Source of the DNA: Pseudomonadota bacterium
Lineage (GTDB): Bacteria > Pseudomonadota > Alphaproteobacteria > Acetobacterales > Acetobacteraceae
Length of the DNA stretch: 64,000 nt
Direction: 5' to 3'
Assembly: GCA_041174145.1 (NCBI GenBank)
Contig: JBEDHL010000186.1
Span: 596 to 64,595 of the forward strand
In this document: positions 19,804 through 28,820 of the stretch, piece by piece
Layout: the number at the start of each line of letters is the position of its first letter
Numbering within the stretch: the stretch's first letter is position 1
Notes under the pieces: model-generated
The model's database searches: none
What the model was told of the DNA's origin: nothing
What the model saw: the letters and a program-made list of their open reading frames with translations, nothing else
Position numbers and translations under genes: made by a program

Positions 19804-20508
19804 TTAGGATTCAGCCTCAGGCGCGAAAGGAGGCTTCAGCCAGATCGCTTCCTTGATCTTGGCTTTGACGAAAGCCTCATGCAGCGCCAAAGCCTCAGCC
19901 TGTGGGGTGATCAGCACCGCTGCGCGCTCCACCGCTTCAACCTCCAGCGCAACCAGCTTCGGCGTGGCTTGCGCCGCCAATTCCAGCCCTGGCTGCTTGC
20001 CGCCCATCAGTTCCAGATAGACTTGCGCCAGCAATTGACAGTCCAGAATGGCATTGTGGCTGCCGCGCATGGAATTATCCACGCCAAGCCGGCGACACAG
20101 CGCATCCAGATTATTCGGCATGCCAGGATAGCGGGTTTTCGCAATCGCCAAGCTGTCAATCATGCGCGCGCGGTCCAAGGCGGGCCGCTTACAGCGGAAC
20201 AGCTCCGCATCCAGAAAACCGAAATCGAAGGGCGCATTATGCGCGATGATTTCCGCATCACCCAAAAATGCCAAAAGCCGATCAGCAATTTCCGCGAATT
20301 TCGGCTTGCCCGCCACATCGCCATTGGTGAAGCCGTGGATGCGCGATGCCTCGGCGGGGATATCGCGTTCCGGATCGAGTAAGGTGTGAAACGCCTCACC
20401 TGTCGGCAATAGGTTGAACAATTCCACCGCCGCTACTTCAATCACCCGATCCCCATTCAGCGGATCAAGCCCGGTGGTTTCCGTATCCAGCACGATCTGG
20501 CGCATCAA
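19804..20508 (-). CDS. dnaQ: DNA polymerase III epsilon subunit (proofreading exonuclease)
   Basis: Exo I IVLDTETTGL, Exo II IIAHNAPFDFGFL and Exo III HNAILDCQLLAQVY. Confidence 0.92.
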   Translation of the reverse strand: MMRQIVLDTETTGLDPLNGDRVIEVAAVELFNLLPTGEAFHTLLDPERDIPAEASRIHGFTNGDVAGKPKFAEIADRLLAFLGDAEIIAHNAPFDFGFLDAELFRCKRPALDRARMIDSLAIAKTRYPGMPNNLDALCRRLGVDNSMRGSHNAILDCQLLAQVYLELMGGKQPGLELAAQATPKLVALEVEAVERAAVLITPQAEALALHEAFVKAKIKEAIWLKPPFAPEAES

Positions 20509-21098
20509 CGGGCAGCCCGCAGTCGCAGCAGCAACCGCTTCAACTGTGCCACGGCGAAATGCCGCGACAACCCGCTATGAATCACCACATCGGCTTTGCG
20601 ACGCTTTTCGGCATCGGGCATTTGCCGTGCGCGAATGGCGGCCAGGCGTTCTGCCGTCATGCCGGGGCGGCGCAGCACCCGCACCGCCTGCACCGAGGCA
20701 GGGGCCGAGACGACCGCCACCACATCCACGCGCTTTTCGCCCCCGGTTTCGAGCAATAGGGGAATATCCAGCACCACCAGCGATTTCCCAGCCCGCCGTG
20801 CCGCCGCGACGAAGCGCTTTTCCGCATCCCGCACCAGCGGATGCACGATACGCTCAAGGATTTTCAGCGCGGCGGGATTGCCCAACACCGCGCGCCGTAG
20901 CGCTTCCCGATCCACCGCGCCACCGCGCGTGGTGCCGGGATAAGCGGCTTCAATCGGCCGCACCGCCCGCCCGCCTGGCGCCTGCAGTACATGCACGGCT
21001 TGATCGGCATCGAAAATCGGGACGCGGTGGCGGCGAAAAGTCGCCGAGGCTGTTGATTTCCCCATGCCGATCCCACCGGTGAGGCCAATAATCTTCAT
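20505..21098 (-). CDS. coaE: dephospho-CoA kinase
   Basis: P-loop IGLTGGIGMGKST. ATGA-type overlaps link it to aroE upstream and dnaQ downstream. Confidence 0.9.
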   Translation of the reverse strand: MKIIGLTGGIGMGKSTASATFRRHRVPIFDADQAVHVLQAPGGRAVRPIEAAYPGTTRGGAVDREALRRAVLGNPAALKILERIVHPLVRDAEKRFVAAARRAGKSLVVLDIPLLLETGGEKRVDVVAVVSAPASVQAVRVLRRPGMTAERLAAIRARQMPDAEKRRKADVVIHSGLSRHFAVAQLKRLLLRLRAAR

Positions 21099-21958
21099 GC
21101 GCCATCACGTTTTGGAATATCGGCCGCCACCACATCGCGCAGCGCCTGATCCACCTGCGGCGCCACACCGAACCAGGCCTCAAACCCTGGGCGGGCCTGA
21201 TGCAGCAACATGCCAAGCCCATCCACCGCGACCAGGCCACGTGCCCGCGCCGCCGCCAAAAGCCGCGTTTCCAGCGGCACATAGACGATATCGGCCACCA
21301 CGGCGCTAGGCGCCAAGGCGCCAAGTTCCATCTCCAAGGGCGGCTGGCCTTGCATGCCGAGCGAGGTGGTATTCACCAACAAAGCAGCCTCAGCCAGCGG
21401 CGGCCGATCCGCGACATTGATCGGACCGCCCAAATCCCGTGCCAGTGCCTCTGCCTTGGCCGGGGTGCGGTTCACCAAAGTCACGTGCGGCGCACCCGCA
21501 TCCAAAAGCGCCGCCGCAATGGCCCGCGCCGCGCCGCCCGCGCCCAGCAGCACCGCCGGCCCGGCATCGGCGCGCCAGCCCGGCGCGGCTTCGCGGATGC
21601 TTTCCAGAAAGCCGAAGCCATCGGTGTTGGAGCCCTCAATCCGCCCATCGCGAAACACCAGCGTATTCACCGCCCCGGCACGGCGCGCGAAAGGTGCCAC
21701 TTCATCACAAATCTCAAAGGCCGCGAGCTTATGCGGGATGGTGACATTGGCGCCGCGAAAACCGAGATCCACCAGGGACCGCACCGCTTGCCCGAAGCGT
21801 TCTGGCGCCACGCCAAGCGGGATATAGGCGCCATCAATGCCATAGCGTTGCAGCCAGAACCCATGCAGCCGCGGAGAGCGCGAATGGGTGACGGGAAAGC
21901 CGAAAACCCCGGCGAGCCGGGCATGACCGGATAAAAGTTTCATGCCGCCAGAAAGCAC
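21095..21958 (-). CDS. aroE: shikimate dehydrogenase
   Basis: GVFGFPVTHSRSPRLH substrate motif and LGAGGAARA NADP site. ATG at 21943 is an alternative start. Confidence 0.9.
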   Translation of the reverse strand: MLSGGMKLLSGHARLAGVFGFPVTHSRSPRLHGFWLQRYGIDGAYIPLGVAPERFGQAVRSLVDLGFRGANVTIPHKLAAFEICDEVAPFARRAGAVNTLVFRDGRIEGSNTDGFGFLESIREAAPGWRADAGPAVLLGAGGAARAIAAALLDAGAPHVTLVNRTPAKAEALARDLGGPINVADRPPLAEAALLVNTTSLGMQGQPPLEMELGALAPSAVVADIVYVPLETRLLAAARARGLVAVDGLGMLLHQARPGFEAWFGVAPQVDQALRDVVAADIPKRDGA

Positions 21959-21982
21959 TTCAGCCAGCCGGAAAGCAAGCGT

Positions 21983-22387
21983 TCAGCCGCCCACTTGCCG
22001 CAGCCAATCCTGCAAATTGTAGAACACCGTCACACGACTGATTTTGCCATCGCGCAGCGCATAAAACGCCCCGGCTGGCAGGGAATAGCGCTGGCCCTTC
22101 GCCGGCGGCAGCCCTTCATCAGTGGCCAGATACTGCCCCTCCACCCGAAATTCCGCCGCCGCTCGGCAACCATCCGGCCCCGCCATGATCACGATATCGC
22201 GCAATTCTTCCCGGTAGCAGCGCGCCATATGGTCCAGGAACGCGGCAAAGGCCGGCTTGCCATGCTGCGTGGCGCCCTGATTGATGTCATGCGCCACATC
22301 ATCGGCCAGCAGCGCCAACATGCCGGGCCAATCGCCACGATTAAAGGCGGCGAGGTGGGCAGCGATGATGTCTTGCGCGGTTGTCAT
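21983..22387 (-). CDS. SnoaL-like / NTF2-fold protein (ketosteroid isomerase-related)
   Basis: 134 aa with the typical N-terminal pattern [25 protein letters not shown] and a C-terminal beta-sheet part ([11 protein letters not shown]). Confidence 0.65.
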   Translation of the reverse strand: MTTAQDIIAAHLAAFNRGDWPGMLALLADDVAHDINQGATQHGKPAFAAFLDHMARCYREELRDIVIMAGPDGCRAAAEFRVEGQYLATDEGLPPAKGQRYSLPAGAFYALRDGKISRVTVFYNLQDWLRQVGG

Positions 22388-22466
22388 GGCGGGATTCCTT
22401 GCCCGAGGGGCCTGCGGTGCCTATAGAGCACCCCTCATTGCCGCCGCGCCAGAGCACAGAACCAGC

Positions 22467-23330
22467 ATGACCGCCAAGCCCCCCAGTTTTCAGGATATCA
22501 TCCTGCGTCTGCATCGCTTTTGGGCGGATCAGGGCTGCGTGATCCTGCAACCCTATGACATGGAAGTGGGTGCGGGCACCTTCCACCCGGCGACCACTTT
22601 GCGTGCGCTTGGCCCAAAGCCATGGAAGGCCGCCTATGTGCAGCCATCGCGCCGCCCCGCCGATGGCCGCTACGGCGAAAACCCCAATCGACTACAGCAT
22701 TATTACCAATATCAGGTGATCCTGAAGCCATCGCCGGCGGACCCGCAGGCGCTGCTGATTGAAAGCTATCGCGCCCTCGGCATTGACCCTGCGTTGCATG
22801 ACATCCGCTTCGTTGAGGATGATTGGGAGAGCCCAACGCTGGGTGCCTGGGGCCTGGGCTGGGAAGTCTGGTGCGATGGGATGGAGGTGACGCAATTCAC
22901 CTATTTCCAACAAGTTGGCGGCATTGCCTGCGAGAAACCCAGCGCGGAATTGACTTACGGGCTGGAACGCCTGGCCATGTATATCCAAGGGGTCGAGAAT
23001 GTTTATGACCTGGATTTCAACGGCGAAGGCGTGAAATACGGCGATGTGTTTCTGCGGGCTGAGCGCGAATACAGCGCCCATAATTTCGAAGCCGCCGATA
23101 CCAAAATGCTGTTCCGGCATTTTGAGGATGCGGAGGCCGAATGCGCCGCGTTGCTGCAACGGAAGCTTGCTCTGCCGGCCTATGACCAATGCATCAAGGC
23201 ATCCCATCGCTTCAATTTGCTGGATGCGCGGGGTGCGATCAGCGTGACGGAACGCGCCGCCTATATCGGCCGGGTGCGGGCGCTGGCAAAAGGCTGCTGT
23301 GAGGCCTGGCTGGCCGGTGAGGTAGCCTGA
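22467..23330 (+). CDS. glyQ: glycine--tRNA ligase alpha subunit
   Basis: [34 protein letters not shown] and onwards is canonical GlyQ. ATG at 22467 is preferred; the track start at 22281 overlaps the divergent SnoaL gene. Confidence 0.97.
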   Translation: MTAKPPSFQDIILRLHRFWADQGCVILQPYDMEVGAGTFHPATTLRALGPKPWKAAYVQPSRRPADGRYGENPNRLQHYYQYQVILKPSPADPQALLIESYRALGIDPALHDIRFVEDDWESPTLGAWGLGWEVWCDGMEVTQFTYFQQVGGIACEKPSAELTYGLERLAMYIQGVENVYDLDFNGEGVKYGDVFLRAEREYSAHNFEAADTKMLFRHFEDAEAECAALLQRKLALPAYDQCIKASHRFNLLDARGAISVTERAAYIGRVRALAKGCCEAWLAGEVA

Positions 23331-23388
23331 CCTTGCGCTTTTCGCGGCCTTCTACCATATCCCAGGCGGTTTCTACCAAAGGTGCGCC

Positions 23389-23637
23389 ATGGGTCAGCTG
23401 AACATCAAGGATGCCGCGCTGATTGCGGAGGCGAAAGAGCTTGCCGCCCTGCTTGGCACCACCGCGACCGGCGCGGTACGAGAGGCTGTTGCCGAAAAAC
23501 TGGCACGGGAAAAGGCAGCGCGGCAGCGGAAATTCGACGCCATCATGGCCATCGCGGAGGAAGCTTCCAAACTCGTCCCGCCGGGCGTCACCAGTGATCA
23601 CCGCGACCTGTATGATGATAATGGTCTGCCGCGATGA
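23389..23637 (+). CDS. vapB: type II antitoxin, VapB family (Rv0623/PSK-like)
   Basis: 82 aa. The N-terminus MGQLNIKDAALIAEAKELAALLGTTATGAVREAV resembles Rv0623-type antitoxins, and the C-terminal LYDDNGLP tail is typical. A 4-nt ATGA overlap joins it to the downstream PIN gene. Confidence 0.7.
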   Translation: MGQLNIKDAALIAEAKELAALLGTTATGAVREAVAEKLAREKAARQRKFDAIMAIAEEASKLVPPGVTSDHRDLYDDNGLPR

Positions 23638-24035
23638 TCCTTGATTCTTCTGCCGTGATCGCGATCCTGTTCAAGGAACCAGAAGCCGAGCATCTGGCCG
23701 GCATGATCCGCGACACGGACGCGACCGCGATTGCCGCGCCAACCTTGCTTGAAACCGCCATTGTCGCGGAAGGCCGCACCCTGCCTGGCATGGCGGAAAA
23801 GCTCGACGCCCTGATGGGCGCCATTCGCCCCGAAATCGTGCCTTTCACCGCAGCCCATGCCGCCATCGCCCGCGATGCCTGGCGCCGCTATGGCAAGGGC
23901 CGGCATAAGGCGGGGTTGAACCTCGGCGATTGTTTTTCCTATGCGCTGGCCAAGGAACGCGGCCAGACTTTGTTGTTCAAGGGCGATGATTTCGCCGCAA
24001 CCGATATAGAGCCGGCGATCAAACCCCATGGCTGA
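23634..24035 (+). CDS. vapC: type II toxin VapC (PIN-domain ribonuclease)
   Basis: MILDSSAV start. The four PIN acidic residues are present at D4, E40, D99 and D118/D119. The 133-aa size fits, and the stop overlaps the glyS start by 8 nt. Confidence 0.8.
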   Translation: MILDSSAVIAILFKEPEAEHLAGMIRDTDATAIAAPTLLETAIVAEGRTLPGMAEKLDALMGAIRPEIVPFTAAHAAIARDAWRRYGKGRHKAGLNLGDCFSYALAKERGQTLLFKGDDFAATDIEPAIKPHG

Positions 24036-26136
24036 ACTGCTGCTTGAATTATTCTGCGAAGAAATCCCGGCGCGCATGCAGGCACGCGCGGCGGAGGATT
24101 TGGCGCGCCTATTTGCCGATGGCTGCGCTGCGCTTTTGGAGGCACCTCCGCGCAGCTTCTACGGCCCGCGCCGCATTGGCCTGACCGCACAATTAAAGCC
24201 CAGTGTGACCACCGAAGCCAAGGAAGAACGCGGCCCGCGCATTGGCGCGCCGGAACAGGCGCTTGAGGGGTTTTTGCGCAAGCATGGCGCAACACGTGAT
24301 GCGCTGACGGAACAGGGCCAATTCTGGGTGCTGCTGAAGCCTGGCCAAAGCGTGGAAGCGCGCGCCTTGGTGAGTGCTGCCATTCCTGCCCTGCTGCGCG
24401 GCTTCCCCTGGCCGAAATCCATGCGTTGGGGCGGCACATCTTCCCTGGTGTGGGTGCGGCCCTTGAAGCGCATTCTGTGCGTGTTGTATGGCGAAGTGGT
24501 GCGCTTCGATCTTTCGCAGAATGGTGATGATGGGCATGGGCTGGTGAGTGGCGATCTGACCGAAGGCCACCGCATCATGTCCCCCGGCGCCTTCGCAGTG
24601 CGTAACTTCGCCGAATACAAGGCCGCTTTGGCCGCGCGCCATGTGGTGCTGGAAGCGGAAGACCGCGCGCGGATGATCCGTGACGGCATCAATGCACTTG
24701 CCACCGCCGAAGGGCTGGAAGTGGTGCCGGATGAGGGCTTGATTGCCGAAGTCGCGGGGCTGGTGGAATGGCCAGTGCCTTTGCTTGGGCGGATTGATGA
24801 CGCCTTCATGGATTTGCCGCCGGAGGTGATGCGCACCACCATGCGCGTCAATCAGCGCTATTTCGCTTTGCGCAAGAAGGATGGCGCAGCAGCGCCACGC
24901 TTTGCGCTGGTGGCGAATATTGCGGCACCGGATGGTGGGGCTGCGATTGTCGCCGGCAATGAACGCGTGCTGCGCGCGCGCTTGGCGGATGCACGGTTTT
25001 TCTGGGATTTGGACCGCAAGCAAAAGCTGGAAGGCTTCCTGCCCAAGCTGGATAGCGTGGTGTTCCACGCCAAGCTTGGCACGCAAGGCCAGCGCGTGGC
25101 GCGGTTGGAAAAACTCGCCGCACTGATTGCGGAAAGAATGGGCGCCGATGCGGCGCTTGCAGCCCGCGCGGCGCGTCTGGCGAAGGCCGATCTTGCTTCC
25201 GGGATGGTGGGTGAATTTCCCGAATTGCAGGGCGTGATGGGGCGCTATTACGCGCTCGGCCAGGGTGAGGATGCCCGCGTGGCGGAAGCCATCGCTGCAC
25301 ATTACCGCCCGGCAGGTGCGGGTGATGCGGTGCCGAATGAGCCCATCGCCATTGCGGTCGCTTTGGCTGATAAGCTTGATCAATTGGTCGGCTTCTTCGC
25401 CGTGGGTGAAAAGCCAACCGGCAGCGGCGACCCATTTGCTTTGCGGCGCGCGGCTCTGGGCGTGATCCGCATCATTCGTGAGAATGGGCTCCGGCTTGAG
25501 TTGATGGATATTTGCAACAACTACCCTGGGGCGATCCGCAATTGGGGCGAAACACATTGGGACGTCCGTCGAAAATTCGGTAATGCAGGCCGACTTGCAT
25601 GGGAAGGCGGGTTGGAAGTTCTCGATTTCCTCGCCGAACGGCTGCGCGTGCAGCTCCGCGGCGAAGGTGCGCGGCATGATGTGGTGACGGCCGTTTTTGG
25701 CGCGGCGCCGGATGATGACCTCAACCGCCTGCTCTCCCGCGCCGATGCGGTGCGTGGCTTCGTCGAAAGCGAAGCCGGCGCCAATCTGCTCGCCGCCCAT
25801 CGCCGCGCGGTGAACATCCTGCGTATTGAGGAAAAGCGCGACGGCCATGCCTTCGACACGGGCTATGAGGCGCATTTGCTGAAATTGCCGGAAGAAGCCG
25901 CCCTTGCCGGCGCTTTGGAAGAAGCCGGCAACCGCATCCGCCTGGATATCGAAGCCGAGGATTTTGACCGCGCCATGGAAGCCATGGCCGGTCTCCGCGC
26001 CCCGGTGGATGCTTTTTTCGAAAAAGTGATCGTGAACGACCCCGCGCCGGAACTTCGCCGCAATCGTCTGCGACTGCTCGCCCGACTTCGTGCCGCCATG
26101 GATGCCGTGGCGGATTTCTCCAAGATTGAAGCCTGA
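24028..26136 (+). CDS. glyS: glycine--tRNA ligase beta subunit
   Basis: Canonical N-terminus MAELLLELFCEEIPARMQ, 702 aa, with a GlyS family body including the anticodon-binding C-terminus. Confidence 0.97.
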   Translation: MAELLLELFCEEIPARMQARAAEDLARLFADGCAALLEAPPRSFYGPRRIGLTAQLKPSVTTEAKEERGPRIGAPEQALEGFLRKHGATRDALTEQGQFWVLLKPGQSVEARALVSAAIPALLRGFPWPKSMRWGGTSSLVWVRPLKRILCVLYGEVVRFDLSQNGDDGHGLVSGDLTEGHRIMSPGAFAVRNFAEYKAALAARHVVLEAEDRARMIRDGINALATAEGLEVVPDEGLIAEVAGLVEWPVPLLGRIDDAFMDLPPEVMRTTMRVNQRYFALRKKDGAAAPRFALVANIAAPDGGAAIVAGNERVLRARLADARFFWDLDRKQKLEGFLPKLDSVVFHAKLGTQGQRVARLEKLAALIAERMGADAALAARAARLAKADLASGMVGEFPELQGVMGRYYALGQGEDARVAEAIAAHYRPAGAGDAVPNEPIAIAVALADKLDQLVGFFAVGEKPTGSGDPFALRRAALGVIRIIRENGLRLELMDICNNYPGAIRNWGETHWDVRRKFGNAGRLAWEGGLEVLDFLAERLRVQLRGEGARHDVVTAVFGAAPDDDLNRLLSRADAVRGFVESEAGANLLAAHRRAVNILRIEEKRDGHAFDTGYEAHLLKLPEEAALAGALEEAGNRIRLDIEAEDFDRAMEAMAGLRAPVDAFFEKVIVNDPAPELRRNRLRLLARLRAAMDAVADFSKIEA

Positions 26137-26147
26137 GGAACCCCCCC

Positions 26148-28820
26148 ATGACACAATGGGTCTATAGCTTCGGCGCCGGCCATAATGAAGGCCGAGCCGA
26201 TATGCGGAATCTTCTGGGTGGCAAAGGCGCCAACCTGGCCGAAATGGCCTCGATCGGTTTGCCGGTGCCGCCTGGCTTCACCATCACCACGGAAGTCTGC
26301 ACCGCCTATTACGAAAACGGGCAAAAATACCCGGATGCTCTGGCGGCGCAGGTGCGCGCCGCACTTGCGCGCGTTGAAGAAGCAGTCGGCAATCGCTTCG
26401 GTGATCATCACTGCCCGCTGCTGGTATCCGTCCGCTCAGGCGCGCGGGTTTCCATGCCGGGCATGATGGATACGGTGCTGAACCTTGGCCTGAATGACCA
26501 AACCGTTGAAGGCCTGGTCACGGCTTCCGGCGATGCGCGCTTTGCCTGGGATTCCTATCGGCGGTTTATCCAGATGTATGGCTCCGTCGTGCTCGACGTT
26601 GATCATCATCGCTTTGAAGAAATTATCGAGCATGTGAAGCTCGACACCGGAAAGAATGAGGATACGGAACTCACCGCATCCGAATGGCATCGCGTGGTGG
26701 ATGGCTATAAGGAAATGGTCGCCGAAGTCACCGGCAAACCCTTCCCGCAAGATCCTGAGACTCAGCTTTGGGGCGCGATTGGCGCGGTGTTTGGCAGTTG
26801 GATGAACCAGCGCGCGGTGACGTATCGGCGCCTGCATGACATCCCGGCCGAATGGGGCACGGCGGTGAATGTGCAAGCCATGGTCTTCGGCAATATGGGG
26901 GAAGATTGCGCAACCGGCGTGTGCTTCACGCGAGACCCTTCCACGGGCGAGAATATCTTCTACGGCGAATACCTGATCAATGCGCAGGGTGAAGATGTGG
27001 TGGCGGGTATCCGCACGCCGCAGCCCATGGCGAAGGAACGCTCCAAGCCCGCAGAACGCAGCATGGAAGAAGCCATGCCGGCAGCCTATGCCGAATTGGT
27101 GCAGGTGCGCGCCACGCTGGAACGCCATTACCGTGACATGCAGGACATCGAATTCACGGTGCAGAGCAACAAGCTCTATATGCTGCAAACGCGCAATGGT
27201 AAGCGCACCGCCGCGGCTTCCTTGAAGATTGCTGTGGACATGGCGCGTGAAGGCTTGATTGATCACGCGGAAGCGGTGCGGCGTGTGAACCCTGCCGCGT
27301 TGGATCAATTGCTGCACCCGACCCTTGACCCAAAGGCGCCGCGCAAGCTGCTGGCCAAGGGCTTGCCGGCTTCGCCTGGTGCTGCCTGTGGCATTGTAGT
27401 GTTTAGCGCGGATGAAGCGGAAGCGCGCGCGCAAAAGGGTGAAAGTGTCATTCTGGTGCGGATTGAAACCTCGCCGGAAGATATTCACGGCATGCATGCG
27501 GCGCGCGGTGTGCTGACCACACGCGGCGGCATGACCAGCCACGCGGCGGTGGTGGCGCGCGGCATGGGCCGGCCCTGCGTTGCAGGCTGTGGCGGCATTA
27601 CGGTGGATTACAACAACCAATACCTGAGTGCTGGTGGCGTGCGCATTGAAGCCGGCCAGATCATCACGCTGGATGGCGCCACCGGTGAGGTTTTCATCGG
27701 CTCCGTCGCCATGGTGGAACCGCAGCTTTCTGGCGATTTCGCCACGCTGATGGGCTGGGCGGATCAAGTGCGCCGCTTGCGCGTGCGCGCCAATGCGGAA
27801 ACGCCGCTGGATGCGGAAACCGCGCGGCGCTTCGGTGCGGAAGGCATCGGGCTTTGCCGTACTGAACACATGTTCTTCGACCCGGAACGCATCGGCGCGG
27901 TGCGGCAGATGATCATGGCGGAAACGGAAGAAGGCCGCCGTGCCGCTTTGGCGCGCCTGCTGCCTTTCCAGCGCAAGGATTTTCTGGATCTGTTTGAAAT
28001 CATGGCCGGCCTGCCGGTGACGATCCGCTTGCTTGACCCGCCCTTGCATGAATTCCTGCCGCATAGCGAATATGAAATCGCGGAAGTGGCGGCATCGCTT
28101 GGCACCGAAGTTGAGGCGATGCAGCGGCGCATGCAGGAATTGTCGGAAGCGAACCCGATGTTGGGGCATCGCGGCTGTCGGCTCGGGATTTCCTTCCCGG
28201 AAATCTATGAAATGCAGGCGCGCGCCATTTTTGAAGCGGCGGCGGAAATTGGCCGCAAGACGCATAAGGCCCCCGTGCCGGAGATCATGATTCCGCTGGT
28301 GGCGACCAAGCGCGAATTGGAAATCACCCGAGCCATGGTGGATCGCGTGGCACAGGAAGTTTTCGCTGAAGGCGGCTATCACGTCGTCTATAGCGTTGGC
28401 ACCATGATTGAATTGCCGCGCGCGGCGTTGACGGCCGATGCCATTGCCAGTGTCGCGGATTTCTTTTCCTTCGGCACGAATGACCTCACGCAAACCACCT
28501 TCGGGCTTTCGCGCGATGATGCCGGCAAGTTCCTGCCGCTCTACATCGAAAAAGGGATTTTCCCGAAGGACCCGTTTGTGTCCATTGATCCGGATGGCGT
28601 CGGTGCGCTGGTGCGCATTGCCTCGGAAAAAGGGCGTAGCGTGAAGCCCGATATCAAGCTTGGCATTTGCGGGGAGCATGGGGGCGATCCATCCTCGATC
28701 CATTTCTGTGAGAGCGTTGGATTGGATTACGTTTCCTGTTCGCCCTATCGCGTGCCGGTGGCGCGGCTGGCGGCGGCGCAGGCGGCGCTGCAATCGGGCG
28801 GGGCTGATCGCACCGCGTAA
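26148..28820 (+). CDS. ppdK: pyruvate, phosphate dikinase
   Basis: 890 aa with phosphohistidine motif GGMTSHAAVVARGMG and PEP-utilising C-terminal motif GICGEHGGDP. Confidence 0.97.
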   Translation: MTQWVYSFGAGHNEGRADMRNLLGGKGANLAEMASIGLPVPPGFTITTEVCTAYYENGQKYPDALAAQVRAALARVEEAVGNRFGDHHCPLLVSVRSGARVSMPGMMDTVLNLGLNDQTVEGLVTASGDARFAWDSYRRFIQMYGSVVLDVDHHRFEEIIEHVKLDTGKNEDTELTASEWHRVVDGYKEMVAEVTGKPFPQDPETQLWGAIGAVFGSWMNQRAVTYRRLHDIPAEWGTAVNVQAMVFGNMGEDCATGVCFTRDPSTGENIFYGEYLINAQGEDVVAGIRTPQPMAKERSKPAERSMEEAMPAAYAELVQVRATLERHYRDMQDIEFTVQSNKLYMLQTRNGKRTAAASLKIAVDMAREGLIDHAEAVRRVNPAALDQLLHPTLDPKAPRKLLAKGLPASPGAACGIVVFSADEAEARAQKGESVILVRIETSPEDIHGMHAARGVLTTRGGMTSHAAVVARGMGRPCVAGCGGITVDYNNQYLSAGGVRIEAGQIITLDGATGEVFIGSVAMVEPQLSGDFATLMGWADQVRRLRVRANAETPLDAETARRFGAEGIGLCRTEHMFFDPERIGAVRQMIMAETEEGRRAALARLLPFQRKDFLDLFEIMAGLPVTIRLLDPPLHEFLPHSEYEIAEVAASLGTEVEAMQRRMQELSEANPMLGHRGCRLGISFPEIYEMQARAIFEAAAEIGRKTHKAPVPEIMIPLVATKRELEITRAMVDRVAQEVFAEGGYHVVYSVGTMIELPRAALTADAIASVADFFSFGTNDLTQTTFGLSRDDAGKFLPLYIEKGIFPKDPFVSIDPDGVGALVRIASEKGRSVKPDIKLGICGEHGGDPSSIHFCESVGLDYVSCSPYRVPVARLAAAQAALQSGGADRTA

